Of a stretch of 64,000 bases of DNA, positions 29,532-38,949 are shown in pieces. The position numbers and the translations under genes were made by a program. Origin of the DNA: an uncultured Ignavibacteriaceae bacterium (GTDB lineage: Bacteria > Bacteroidota > Ignavibacteria > Tepidaquicellales > Tepidaquicellaceae); assembly GCA_964501535.1 (NCBI GenBank), contig CAZCSV010000002.1, forward strand, positions 413,960 through 477,959. Reading direction: 5' to 3'. Under the pieces are notes generated by a model. That model searched no databases, was not told the origin of the DNA, and worked only from the letters and a program-made list of their open reading frames with translations. Numbering within the stretch: the stretch's first letter is position 1; every line of letters begins with the position of its first letter.

Positions 29532-30164
29532 TTACAACGGAATAACAGCCTTGGCTTTCTTTCGTTTTTTGTAGAGCTTTATCATTAATATACAGGTCAC
29601 AATCAGACAGGCAACACAAACAACCGGAATAATAATCGCAAGAATTGTTGTAATTAAAGATCCTGCAAATTCCATTGATGCAACGATGAAGTTGCCAAAA
29701 CCTCCCGTAGTTCCTGAAGATACAGCTCTCATTGCTACGGTACCGGATTGTACAAGACCCGCTACTCCTCCACCCGCAATTATGGCTAATGACCACTTTA
29801 AAAGCGGGGACATGTCTGCATAAACCGAGACGGATACCAATACACCCGATAACACGGCAAGAGGATAAGTGACAGTGTCCAGCGCATTATCGAGCCACGG
29901 AATATAGTATGCGCCAATCTCAAATAATGTCGCACAGGAAAACGTAATAAGCGCTGGTAAACTTCCTATCCATCCGAAGTCGCCGCTTAATTCTAATGTG
30001 CCTGTCATCGAAGCAATGCTGAGCCCGAGAAGCGGGATGAAAACTCTGAAACCGCTTGCCGCACTTAAACCAATTCCAATTAGTATGCTTAAAAATAGTT
30101 CCATTTTTATATTATGCTTTGTTAAGATAAATAATATAACATTTCCATAGATTTTGAATAACAT
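29532..30164 (-). CDS. DUF4126-like integral membrane protein
   Basis: 210-aa ORF with multiple Gly/Ala-rich TM helices and an N-terminal motif GLSAASGFRVFIPLLGLSIA. Confidence 0.6.
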   Translation of the reverse strand: MLFKIYGNVILFILTKHNIKMELFLSILIGIGLSAASGFRVFIPLLGLSIASMTGTLELSGDFGWIGSLPALITFSCATLFEIGAYYIPWLDNALDTVTYPLAVLSGVLVSVSVYADMSPLLKWSLAIIAGGGVAGLVQSGTVAMRAVSSGTTGGFGNFIVASMEFAGSLITTILAIIIPVVCVACLIVTCILMIKLYKKRKKAKAVIPL

Positions 30165-30605
30165 TTTGTTCTTCTTTTAGGGCATCTGTACCTGCAGAGC
30201 TGATTTATTATTAACTACTATTTATTACTTGCCTTTCTTTTCTTTTCCTTCGTTTTTGTCTTCTTTTTTCTGCTCTTTCTTTTCTTCTTTATTTTCCTTT
30301 TTCATTTCTTTGTTTTCCTGCTTCTGTTCTTTTTTTACCTCTTTCTTTAAATTAATAGATAATGCGGATATTTTTTTAAAAATATAAATACTGAATTTTA
30401 TTTAATGCAAGTAAAAGCGTAAATCTTTTCGCAATAAAAGTAAAATATGCACGGGTAAAATGAATTTATATCAAATGAATCGAGTTGTAAAGTCAAAAAT
30501 TTCAAATTGGAGGGGATAAATATTCGTAATTTGAAACGGGAAGAGGAAAATTTAATGAATTTATTTATTATGATAAGAAAATTAGTTTAGTGTAAAAAAA
30601 ATAGA

Positions 30606-31463
30606 ATGAACTGTTTCTTCGTCAGTGATTTGCACGGCAAAACGTACAGATACGAAAAATTATTCGAACTTATTTTGAAAGAAGTTCCCGATGTGGTTTT
30701 TGTCGGCGGCGATATCCTGCCATCTTATACTCACAGGTTTTCTTCGAACGATATATTCGATGAGTTTATCGAAGATTATTTTTTGAAAAAATTGTTATCC
30801 CTGAAAGAAAATTTGAAAGATAAATACCCTGAAGTGCTGATTATTTTCGGAAATGATGATTTGAGGGTGGAAGAAGAAAGAATTATTGAAGGGGAGAAAT
30901 TAAAAGTATTAAGATATATAAATCAAAAAAAAGTGGAATTAGAAGGCGTGAAAATTTTCGGATACAGTTTTGTCCCGCCTACACCGTTTTTGTTGAAGGA
31001 CTGGGAGAAGTATGATGTATCCAGGTATGTTGACCCCGGATGCGTGTCACCCGAGGAAGGCTTCAGGTCGGTTAAAATCGAAGAGTCAGAAATAAAATTT
31101 TCAACCATTAAAAATGACCTTGATTTGCTGACGAGGGATGAAGAATTGTCGAATTCAATATTTCTTTTCCATTCCCCTCCCTATAAGACAAATCTTGACC
31201 GTATTGCAAATGACGGGAAATTCTATGAACACGTGCCGCTCGATTTATTTGCAGGAAGTATCGCAATTAAGAAATTTATAGAAGAAAAACAGCCCTTGCT
31301 TACACTCCACGGGCATATACACGAATCGACAAGGTTAACTGACAGCTGGAAGGATATTATCGGCAGGACAACTTGTCTTAACGCATCCCACGATGGTCCC
31401 GAATTATCGTTAATTAAATTTAATTTATATAAAATTAACGAGGCAGTAAGAGAATTAATTTAA
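30606..31463 (+). CDS. Calcineurin-like metallophosphoesterase
   Basis: 285-aa ORF with the motifs FFVSDLHG, VGGDILP, GNDD, FHSPP and HGHIHES. Confidence 0.75.
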   Translation: MNCFFVSDLHGKTYRYEKLFELILKEVPDVVFVGGDILPSYTHRFSSNDIFDEFIEDYFLKKLLSLKENLKDKYPEVLIIFGNDDLRVEEERIIEGEKLKVLRYINQKKVELEGVKIFGYSFVPPTPFLLKDWEKYDVSRYVDPGCVSPEEGFRSVKIEESEIKFSTIKNDLDLLTRDEELSNSIFLFHSPPYKTNLDRIANDGKFYEHVPLDLFAGSIAIKKFIEEKQPLLTLHGHIHESTRLTDSWKDIIGRTTCLNASHDGPELSLIKFNLYKINEAVRELI

Positions 31464-31467
31464 ATAT

Positions 31468-34400
31468 TTAAGATTTAATTGGCAGCAGTTTCGCTGCATC
31501 CGTTATTGCATTTATCTTTACAGCCCAACTGGTTTTCTTTTCGATGTCGTCATCAGTAACAAAATGAACATCCAGCAAACCGTTTGTTTTATATCCTGTT
31601 CTGATAAAGTTTATTTCACTCAGGCATTTACTCCATCCGTCCAGCCAGGTTCTGAATTCTTCTATTGCATTGGTGTAATGGTTAATATGAACAAGTATAT
31701 CTATGTCGCTTCCCGGACCGGCTGTTGCGTTTTTAACGCTTCCGAATATATAAATACCCTGAATCCCGTATGACCCAGATTTTACTTGAGCGGCAATTTG
31801 TTCAGCCATTTTGTAACGCCATTTCCAGTGATCACTCTGTCTTCTCTCGGTTGATTCAAATGTATCGGTCTCCATCGCTTTTCCTGCATACGGTGTAGCA
31901 AACATCGCTAGTGCTTCGTCGAAATCCGCATTGACGAGTATTCTTAATATCATTCCGTTTTTTGTTGCGGGTACATCTATTACATTTATCACATCTTTTA
32001 AATGGGAATATTCCGGTACCAAATCTGCGAATATGTTTTTTGACCTTTTTAAAAACAGCTCATTAAATATCACATCCTGGTCATCGGGATATAAAGGAAG
32101 ATATCTTATCGATGCTTCCACCAAGTCCTGAAAGAAATGTGTCCCGAAAGATAAATCGGGTGTATAATTACCCTTCTTTCTGGCAATTTCTATCAGCATG
32201 GATGTATTGTTAATATCCGAGTAAGTAACATTTACTCCGAGTTTTATATCGCCCCTGCTTCCCCATCTTCCCGGACCCATTAATATAAATTGTCTTTTCG
32301 GAAGTATATTATTCAGTTTTCCGACTGCTTTTCCGACGGACAGCAGCTCTGATTTGCTTTCTATTTCATTATATTTTTGTGGGTCAACATATACTATATG
32401 TGTTACTTCAGGGACTTTTCCGTTTGAAATATATTTATTTGCAGTAAATAAAATGCTTTCTCTGGAAACGTCTCTCGGTATCGGGTCAGGCGCGATTTCT
32501 CTTGTTCTGCTTTGAGGTCGGCATTGTAACAAATAAAAATCCTTTCCGTCGTATGCAAACTCTATGTCGACCGGTGCTTTTGTCTTTTCCTGAAGCAGGT
32601 TAAGTATTGATTTGATTTGCTTGATAAAGTTTGTATTTTTTATCAGTCCGTCAAAGGTTATTACTACATCGGAATTCGATTTTTCAATTCCGTAACCTAA
32701 CGGGGTTATTACATGGTTGTCTTTGATGAGGGAAATAATGTTGTTCAGTTTTGGATATAAATCTCCCACTTCTTCAAATACCTCTTTGATTTCCTTCGTC
32801 TGAAATTCACCTGTCTTAAGGTTTATTAAATCGATTTTTGCGGGAGAGTATTTAATGATTTCGTCAACAGTTATATTTACCCTCAGATTTGGCTGACCCG
32901 GAGCAATCAGCAGCGGATAATCGTCGCTTAACCTGTCCACTGCCCGTGTTCCGAGTCCCGGTACCATGCGCAGTAAACCGTCTTCGCGTTTGATTCTCGG
33001 TGACCATCTAAATTCGTTGTTGCTGAATGCAACACCTGCAAATGACGGAAAGAAATAGTCGCCGACCTTTTGCCCGACAACCTGCTGTATCATAATTCCC
33101 ATTTCTTCGTGAAAGTCCAGCAAACCTCTTTCAGCACGGTATTCAATCGGGTCAGGACTGAATGTTGATGCATATACTTCCGCAATTACATCCATCAGTG
33201 CATTCAGCCTTTCTTTTTTAGTCCCAATGTTGGCAAGGAAAAGACTTTTATATTTTCCGGAAAATGCTGCGCCGACCTGGTCTTCAAGCAAACTTGAACT
33301 GCGGACTATTAAGGGTGTGTCACCCAAATCATCCAGTGCGACCGATAATCCTTGAACCATTTCCGGGGGGAAGAGGGAATTCTTGAATATCTGTATTATG
33401 TGTGGATATTCCCGCCTTATTTCCTCTATATCCTTGTATTTTTGCTCGATTACTTCCTCAAGATTATTATATTGCAGGAAACTAATTATTCCGTCGGATG
33501 GGATATACCACGTTTTTGGAATTTTTATATTTGTAAGTAATTCGTTTTCCTTCGAAAACTTGTTGATAATATTCGAAGCCAGAAATATTCCTGCGCTTTT
33601 TCCGCCGAGTTTTCCGTGACTTGTGGGTGCGAAAATGATTTTGTCAATTAAACTTGAAAAATCGTCCAAGTCTGTGTATTCCTTAGCAAGTGTTATGAAT
33701 TCGGTTTGCTCCGTAAAAAATCTTCTGATTAGTGAAACTCTAAGACCCTTTTCTATCGAATAAGATACTTCGTCTTTTTCTATTTCTGTATTATAATGCT
33801 TCCTCAATATCTCGCTGATTGTCGGAAGGGAAGTGTTGTAATTCTCTACTGCTTTTACAAGAGAACTGACTTTATCGTCTGTTATCCATTTTTGAACTTT
33901 TTCGATGACATCTTCATCTTTTAAATACTTTCCGGTTAATTGTAAAATTGTTTCTTCGTATTCTTTTACATTTACTGTTTTTCTCTTTATGGGTTTATTC
34001 TCATCTAACAGAGAATTTTCATCGAGAGATTTTGTCACGGTACTTGAACTTGTTAAAAAATCATTTGCTTCTTTAATATCATTCCAGCAAAGATGATATA
34101 GTAATTTTCTCAGAATTGTTCTATATAATACAGGGTCTGTTCTTTTCAGCATTCCAATAATAATCCGCCAATTCCCATTTGAACCTTTTTCGGTTTTACT
34201 CTTTATTTCTTTAAGATTCTCGAGTGCTTTTTTTGATTCTTCGTGGCGAATGTATAGTGCAAGTTTATCCGCAATTGTATCGAGAAGTCTCCGCTCTTCT
34301 TTCAAGAAAGGTCCCTCATCGAATTTTGGAACTTCTTTAACGTAATAAACGCGTACATCCCCTTCATCTTCATCATCGATTATTATATCCGAATTGAGAT

Positions 34401-34644
34401 AGTATTCACTTTCTGTATAATCTTTGCTCTTGTAGCTTGTATTCCCGATTGTGATTACTGCTCTTGCCAAATCGGGGAACTGGAAACCGAATGGTATCGC
34501 ATTAACGACTATATTAAATACTTCGTCAGGAGTCAATTCAGAGTTGCTTATGGCATCTTCAATTGTGTAAATACAATTAAGCTCTTTTGCTCTTTCCTCC
34601 AGAGCGTGGACAAGATTGTTCAGATTTCTTGGGTTTGTGGTCAT
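31468..34644 (-). CDS. Multidomain protein: N-terminal sensor-like module + PEP/pyruvate-binding (PPDK_N ATP-grasp) domain + C-terminal Pol-beta-type nucleotidyltransferase
   Basis: 1058-aa ORF. Residues about 13-135 resemble the N-terminus of the kinase at 38950..40530. PPDK_N signatures are LIVRSSSLLEDQVGAAFSGKYKS and GIMIQQVVG. The shared block is GPGRWGS...DLSFGTHFF. The NTase motif is FGSVKNATAGPGSDIDILV, close to the C-terminus. Confidence 0.75.
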   Translation of the reverse strand: MTTNPRNLNNLVHALEERAKELNCIYTIEDAISNSELTPDEVFNIVVNAIPFGFQFPDLARAVITIGNTSYKSKDYTESEYYLNSDIIIDDEDEGDVRVYYVKEVPKFDEGPFLKEERRLLDTIADKLALYIRHEESKKALENLKEIKSKTEKGSNGNWRIIIGMLKRTDPVLYRTILRKLLYHLCWNDIKEANDFLTSSSTVTKSLDENSLLDENKPIKRKTVNVKEYEETILQLTGKYLKDEDVIEKVQKWITDDKVSSLVKAVENYNTSLPTISEILRKHYNTEIEKDEVSYSIEKGLRVSLIRRFFTEQTEFITLAKEYTDLDDFSSLIDKIIFAPTSHGKLGGKSAGIFLASNIINKFSKENELLTNIKIPKTWYIPSDGIISFLQYNNLEEVIEQKYKDIEEIRREYPHIIQIFKNSLFPPEMVQGLSVALDDLGDTPLIVRSSSLLEDQVGAAFSGKYKSLFLANIGTKKERLNALMDVIAEVYASTFSPDPIEYRAERGLLDFHEEMGIMIQQVVGQKVGDYFFPSFAGVAFSNNEFRWSPRIKREDGLLRMVPGLGTRAVDRLSDDYPLLIAPGQPNLRVNITVDEIIKYSPAKIDLINLKTGEFQTKEIKEVFEEVGDLYPKLNNIISLIKDNHVITPLGYGIEKSNSDVVITFDGLIKNTNFIKQIKSILNLLQEKTKAPVDIEFAYDGKDFYLLQCRPQSRTREIAPDPIPRDVSRESILFTANKYISNGKVPEVTHIVYVDPQKYNEIESKSELLSVGKAVGKLNNILPKRQFILMGPGRWGSRGDIKLGVNVTYSDINNTSMLIEIARKKGNYTPDLSFGTHFFQDLVEASIRYLPLYPDDQDVIFNELFLKRSKNIFADLVPEYSHLKDVINVIDVPATKNGMILRILVNADFDEALAMFATPYAGKAMETDTFESTERRQSDHWKWRYKMAEQIAAQVKSGSYGIQGIYIFGSVKNATAGPGSDIDILVHINHYTNAIEEFRTWLDGWSKCLSEINFIRTGYKTNGLLDVHFVTDDDIEKKTSWAVKINAITDAAKLLPIKS

Positions 34645-36338
34645 TTTTTGATAATTCCTCTGCCTTTTCTTCCATCTACTAAAATCTTCAATGGCTTTTC
34701 TAGCTTAATATGCTTAACATATTTCAAATCTTCAATTACTTTTTTAGTTTCCATCCAATCCCAGTCGATTTTAAATTCACTGTCGTGATGAATCGAAAAA
34801 TATGACACCTTAAAACTCGTAAGATTGTGAAAGAAATGTGAACCCTGACTTAAATCTACGTTAAATTCGGGAAGTGTCAGCTCGACTATTGCTTTTGCAG
34901 TGGAGATTTGACCCCAGTTCACAGGAATTCCAAGCCATGGGTCGGAGCTTCCCCATCTGCCAAAACCCATATATAATGCTTTGGTCTCGCTGAGCAGTAG
35001 ATTTCTGTTTATTGTCTCTATTTCTTCTGCAATTAATTTTGTGTTTGATGTTTCGAAAATATCCTTTTTTACAAAGACAATATCACATATATCATCGACC
35101 ACTCCGTTGCCCAGTACCGTTTTTGATGCCAGTAAATTTTCAGTGGAATCTAATTCGTCATCGGAAATATCCACGATATCCTTGGATACAAACATTGGTC
35201 TTAACTGAAGAAAATGGAAATTCAGCATTTCGTCTCGTTTGTTGTAGGTCATTGCGAATTCGATTTCAATCGGATTTCCTGAAGCCTGCTCACAGATTTT
35301 CAGCATATCCTGCATAAATTTGTTCAGTCCGAATTCGTCTATATGCAATAAGGGCGAGAAATTAATTACACGCGGTCCTTCGTTTCCGGTTCCCATTATG
35401 ATTTTATCGGAAGACCTGTCGTAAGTGGAGGCAATAAATCTGAGTGTTCCGTCGTAATCGGCATCGTTTAAGCCAAGCTCAAACATATATTCCGTTTCTT
35501 TAATCGGGTCATATTTAAAAACAGGTCCCATATTGATTGCCCAGAATTTCACCTGTGTTTTTTTCAGCATATCAGAAATTCCCGCAAATGGAGGCGATAT
35601 CTTCGGGAATGAAGGTGTGTAATTCCATGCTATACCGTCATCGACAATTGTTTTCCCAAGACCGAGTGCCAATTGTACGACACCCTGTTCTGGTTTCGAT
35701 CTGCCGGACGGGTAATAATTGTACGAACGTGCAACACCCGATATCTCAGGATAAAATCTGTCGTAATGTCTCTGTCCCGCAACTTCCTGTATGACGACAG
35801 CCATTTTTTCGTCTTCAATGTTCCGTTTAATCCCCTTGAAATAGTCCTTGGCTTTCTTCATAAAGACTGATGAATATACCAGCTTGATTGCTTCGCTTAA
35901 GATTTTATTTCTGTCGTTTATAAAAGGAGAGTTGTTTGCGACCATTTTTGTTTCGTATATGCCGGCGAAAGGTTCTTCGAGACTGTCTTCAAGCATGCTT
36001 GATGACCTGACGGCTAGAGGTGTGTGCAAATCCTGAATCAGTGCTCTCAGCTGTCCGACTATTTCTACGGGTAACGAAGCTTTTTGAAAATGCATTGCAA
36101 TTGAAGTGTCGTCATCGCCGGAAAGCCCTTTTTCGAGTAAATTGTTTCTTTTAATAAAATCGTCAAAGATGCCGGTCTTTAGAATTGTGAAATTTGGAAC
36201 CGTTATATTTATGTGCGGATAAAGACCCTTGTTAAAATTTTCATCAATGATTTTCTGAATAAAAACCAGACCGTTACCTTTTCCCCCCGATTCTCCGTTG
36301 CCTAAAGTCTTGATTTCTTTTTTATGCTCTGAATTCAT
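34641..36338 (-). CDS. PEP/pyruvate-binding (PPDK_N ATP-grasp) domain protein lacking recognisable swivel and PEP-utiliser domains
   Basis: 565-aa ORF with GGKGNGL, LAVRSSSMLEDSLEEPFAGIYETK and AVVIQEV motifs. Its C-terminal block GFGRWGS...DLSQGSHFF is shared with the downstream gene. An ATGA stop/start overlap lies at 34641-34644. Confidence 0.75.
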   Translation of the reverse strand: MNSEHKKEIKTLGNGESGGKGNGLVFIQKIIDENFNKGLYPHINITVPNFTILKTGIFDDFIKRNNLLEKGLSGDDDTSIAMHFQKASLPVEIVGQLRALIQDLHTPLAVRSSSMLEDSLEEPFAGIYETKMVANNSPFINDRNKILSEAIKLVYSSVFMKKAKDYFKGIKRNIEDEKMAVVIQEVAGQRHYDRFYPEISGVARSYNYYPSGRSKPEQGVVQLALGLGKTIVDDGIAWNYTPSFPKISPPFAGISDMLKKTQVKFWAINMGPVFKYDPIKETEYMFELGLNDADYDGTLRFIASTYDRSSDKIIMGTGNEGPRVINFSPLLHIDEFGLNKFMQDMLKICEQASGNPIEIEFAMTYNKRDEMLNFHFLQLRPMFVSKDIVDISDDELDSTENLLASKTVLGNGVVDDICDIVFVKKDIFETSNTKLIAEEIETINRNLLLSETKALYMGFGRWGSSDPWLGIPVNWGQISTAKAIVELTLPEFNVDLSQGSHFFHNLTSFKVSYFSIHHDSEFKIDWDWMETKKVIEDLKYVKHIKLEKPLKILVDGRKGRGIIKK

Positions 36339-36374
36339 TGAAGATGGTTTTTATTTAAACGGAAAGTATATTTA

Positions 36375-36409
36375 AAAAAGAAAAATGCCGGAGACCCCAA
36401 ACTCCGGCA
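36375..36409 (-). terminator. Rho-independent terminator after gdhA
   Basis: On the minus strand an 8-bp stem TGCCGGAG/CTCCGGCA is followed by ATTTTTCTTTTTT. It separates gdhA from the PPDK_N gene pair. Confidence 0.75.
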
Positions 36410-36434
36410 ATTTTTCTCGTCTTCATTCGTCGTT

Positions 36435-37721
36435 TTATACCCAACCTCTGTCTTTACAAGCCTGAGCAACACGGCTTATCGAAATCACATATGCGGCATC
36501 TCTCATATACAAATTCTTTTTCTTTGCCAGTTCAACTACGGATGTAAACGCTGCGGTCATTATGTAATCAAGTTTACCAAGTACTTCGTCTTTTTCCCAG
36601 AAGTAATTCATATTGCACTGTACCTGTTCGAAATAACTGCATGTTACACCGCCTGCATTTGCCAGAAAATCTGGAATCAAGAATATTTTCTTTTCTTCTA
36701 TAATTTTATCGGCTTCAGGTGTCGTAGGACCATTGGCGCCTTCGGCAATAATCTTTACCTTATTGCTTACTTTTTTAATGTTGTCTTCCCTTATCTGGTT
36801 TTCAAGAGCTGCTGGAATTAATATATCGATATCCTGTTCAATCCATGCTTCGCCGTCTAAGATTTCATATCCAAGTCCTTTTGCCTTCTCCTTGTTGATT
36901 CCTCCGAACCTGTCTGTGATTCCGATAAGTTCTTCGAGCGTTATTCCGGATTTTTTCCTGAATGAATATGACTTTTGGTCGCTCTGGTCCCAGCATGAAA
37001 CACATATTACTTTTCCGCCGAGCTTTGTGTACAATTCCAATGCATATTGGGCTACATTTCCGAATCCCTGAATACTCGCTGTGGTATCTTCAGGTCTGAT
37101 GTTGAGCTGTTTTAATGCTTCTCTTAAGGTGAATATTACACCATAACCCGTGGCTTCTGTTCTTCCAAGTGAGCCGCCCATTCCGACCGGTTTACCTGTA
37201 ATGAATCCGGGATATTTTGAACCTTTTATTGCTTCGAATTCATCCAGCATCCAGAGCATATGCTGTGAGCTTGTCATTACATCGGGAGCCGGAACGTCGT
37301 TTAGAGGTCCGACGTCTTTTGCCATTTGCCTCACCCATCCTCTGCAGATTTGCTCTTGTTCTCTCATGCTTAAATTATGCGGGTCACAAATTACACCGCC
37401 TTTACCGCCGCCTAATGGGATACCTACGACTGCGCATTTCCAGGTCATCCACATCGATAGTGCTTTTACCGTATCGATGGTTTCCTGCGGGTGAAATCTT
37501 ATACCGCCTTTGCAGGGACCAAATGCGTCGTTGTGCTGAACTCTGAAACCTTTAAATACTTTAGTGCTCCCGTCATCCATTTTTATGGGAATGCTGAAAT
37601 GATATTCCCTTAATGGTTCTCTTAAAAGCTGACGGGTTGCTTCATCTAACGATAAAATTTCTGCAACTTTATCGAACTGGTCTTGTGCCATCTGAAAGGC
37701 ATTGAAATTTTTGGTAGCCAT
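36435..37721 (-). CDS. gdhA: Glutamate dehydrogenase (NAD(P)+)
   Basis: 428-aa ORF with KGGIRFHP, IPLGGGKGG and GFGNVA Rossmann motifs. It looks like a full-length Glu/Leu/Phe/Val dehydrogenase. Confidence 0.9.
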   Translation of the reverse strand: MATKNFNAFQMAQDQFDKVAEILSLDEATRQLLREPLREYHFSIPIKMDDGSTKVFKGFRVQHNDAFGPCKGGIRFHPQETIDTVKALSMWMTWKCAVVGIPLGGGKGGVICDPHNLSMREQEQICRGWVRQMAKDVGPLNDVPAPDVMTSSQHMLWMLDEFEAIKGSKYPGFITGKPVGMGGSLGRTEATGYGVIFTLREALKQLNIRPEDTTASIQGFGNVAQYALELYTKLGGKVICVSCWDQSDQKSYSFRKKSGITLEELIGITDRFGGINKEKAKGLGYEILDGEAWIEQDIDILIPAALENQIREDNIKKVSNKVKIIAEGANGPTTPEADKIIEEKKIFLIPDFLANAGGVTCSYFEQVQCNMNYFWEKDEVLGKLDYIMTAAFTSVVELAKKKNLYMRDAAYVISISRVAQACKDRGWV

Positions 37722-37770
37722 AATATTCTTTTTTGTTTTTTAAATTTTTGTTAAAAGTTTTGTAAATTTA

Positions 37771-38160
37771 TTATTTGCTTTTTTGCTTAATATTTTGTGT
37801 AACAAGGTTTTTGCAAATATCGATTACCTTTTCAAATTCAATAGATTTATCGAGAAAGTAATCGGCACCCTCTTTCATGCATATTTTTTTGTAATCCGAT
37901 TCGGGATAATTTGTAAGCATTAATACCTTAATGGAGGGCTTTTCCTTCTTTATTTGCTTTAAAATGTCTATGCCATTGCCGTCCGGCATGTGAATATCCA
38001 GTATTACAACATCCGGATTTGATTTTAAGATGTATTCTACAGCTTTCGTCGCATTGTTTGCAACTCCGATAATCTTTATGTTCTCGATTTCTGACAGAAT
38101 ATTTATCAGTCTTACGACTATGAGCATCGAATTGTCAACTATGAATAGTTTTAATGGCAT
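37771..38160 (-). CDS. Stand-alone CheY-like receiver domain protein
   Basis: 129-aa ORF with a receiver fold (LFIVDNS ... DVVILDIHMPDGNG ... VLMLTNY ... K in GADYFLDK) and no output domain. Confidence 0.8.
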   Translation of the reverse strand: MPLKLFIVDNSMLIVVRLINILSEIENIKIIGVANNATKAVEYILKSNPDVVILDIHMPDGNGIDILKQIKKEKPSIKVLMLTNYPESDYKKICMKEGADYFLDKSIEFEKVIDICKNLVTQNIKQKSK

Positions 38161-38313
38161 TTATTTTTTCTTTCTTTACAAAAATATCGATATTCTTTTG
38201 TTATTTAAATCGGTTAAAGATTGATTTTTATGTAAGAAAAACAATGAAAACCGTGTAGGAATTTGTCTTACAAAAATCTTGCGTTAATATTGAGAAGTAT
38301 AATGAAATTTTTT

Positions 38314-38946
38314 TTATTCCGAATAACCTTCCCTGATACAGAAATTAATCAGTTCCGAATTATTTTTAAAGTTCATTTTATTGAATATCCGGGCTTTATA
38401 TGTACTTACGGTTTTCACGCTGATGCATAGCATATCTGCAATTTCGGTTACGGTTTTTCCGGAACCAATCATGCACATAATCTGAAATTCCCTGTTCGAT
38501 AAATATTCCTGAGGTGGCTTTGAAACATCGTGCTTGAAGTCGCTTGCCAGTTTTTCTGCGAGATAAGCACTTACGTAAAGACCGCCGGAAAATACCTTCC
38601 TTACCGCTTTAACCAGTTCAATGGGTGCCGATTCCTTGTTTATAAATCCCGAAGCCCCTGCTTTAAGAGTCTTCGATGCATAAAGCTCCTCCGATAAGGC
38701 GCTTAACATAAGTACCGGAAGTGTTGGATATTTTTGCTTTATTTTCTCCAGAATCTCGAAACCGCCCATACCCGGCATTGATATATCGAGTATCAAAACA
38801 TCAATTTCGTTTTTTGAAATTTCATCGAATACTTCCTGCCCGTTGGATGCCTCGCATATGACTTTCATGTCTTCCTCGTCGCAAATAATCTGCTTAAGCC
38901 CGTTTCTTACGATTGGATGGTCATCTGCAATTAATATTCTTATCAT
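38314..38946 (-). CDS. NarL/FixJ-family response regulator (LuxR-type HTH)
   Basis: 210-aa ORF with a receiver (ILIADDHPIVR ... DVLILDISMPG) and a C-terminal HTH (LSNREFQIMCMIGSGKTVTEIADMLCISVKTVSTYKARI). Confidence 0.85.
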   Translation of the reverse strand: MIRILIADDHPIVRNGLKQIICDEEDMKVICEASNGQEVFDEISKNEIDVLILDISMPGMGGFEILEKIKQKYPTLPVLMLSALSEELYASKTLKAGASGFINKESAPIELVKAVRKVFSGGLYVSAYLAEKLASDFKHDVSKPPQEYLSNREFQIMCMIGSGKTVTEIADMLCISVKTVSTYKARIFNKMNFKNNSELINFCIREGYSE

Positions 38947-38949
38947 AGA

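Noticed and set aside
29389-29796. 135-aa Cys-rich minus-strand ORF
   Set aside because: It overlaps, out of frame, both the 3' end of the LtaS-family gene and the DUF4126 gene. It has no start context or domain signal and is probably spurious.
30228-30350. About 120-nt polypyrimidine (plus) / polypurine (minus) tract upstream of the DUF4126 gene, which would encode a K/E-rich peptide
   Set aside because: On the minus strand the only ATG in the open frame gives a 26-aa peptide (MKKENKEEKKEQKKEDKNEGKEKKGK). It has no obvious ribosome-binding site. The strand asymmetry is real, but I cannot support a gene or a known RNA, so I only note it as a compositional oddity.
36733-37546. Three plus-strand ORFs of 109-114 aa
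   Set aside because: All three are antisense to the well-supported gdhA CDS. They are low-complexity (P/S/L-rich) and have no motifs, which is typical of shadow ORFs opposite a highly expressed gene.
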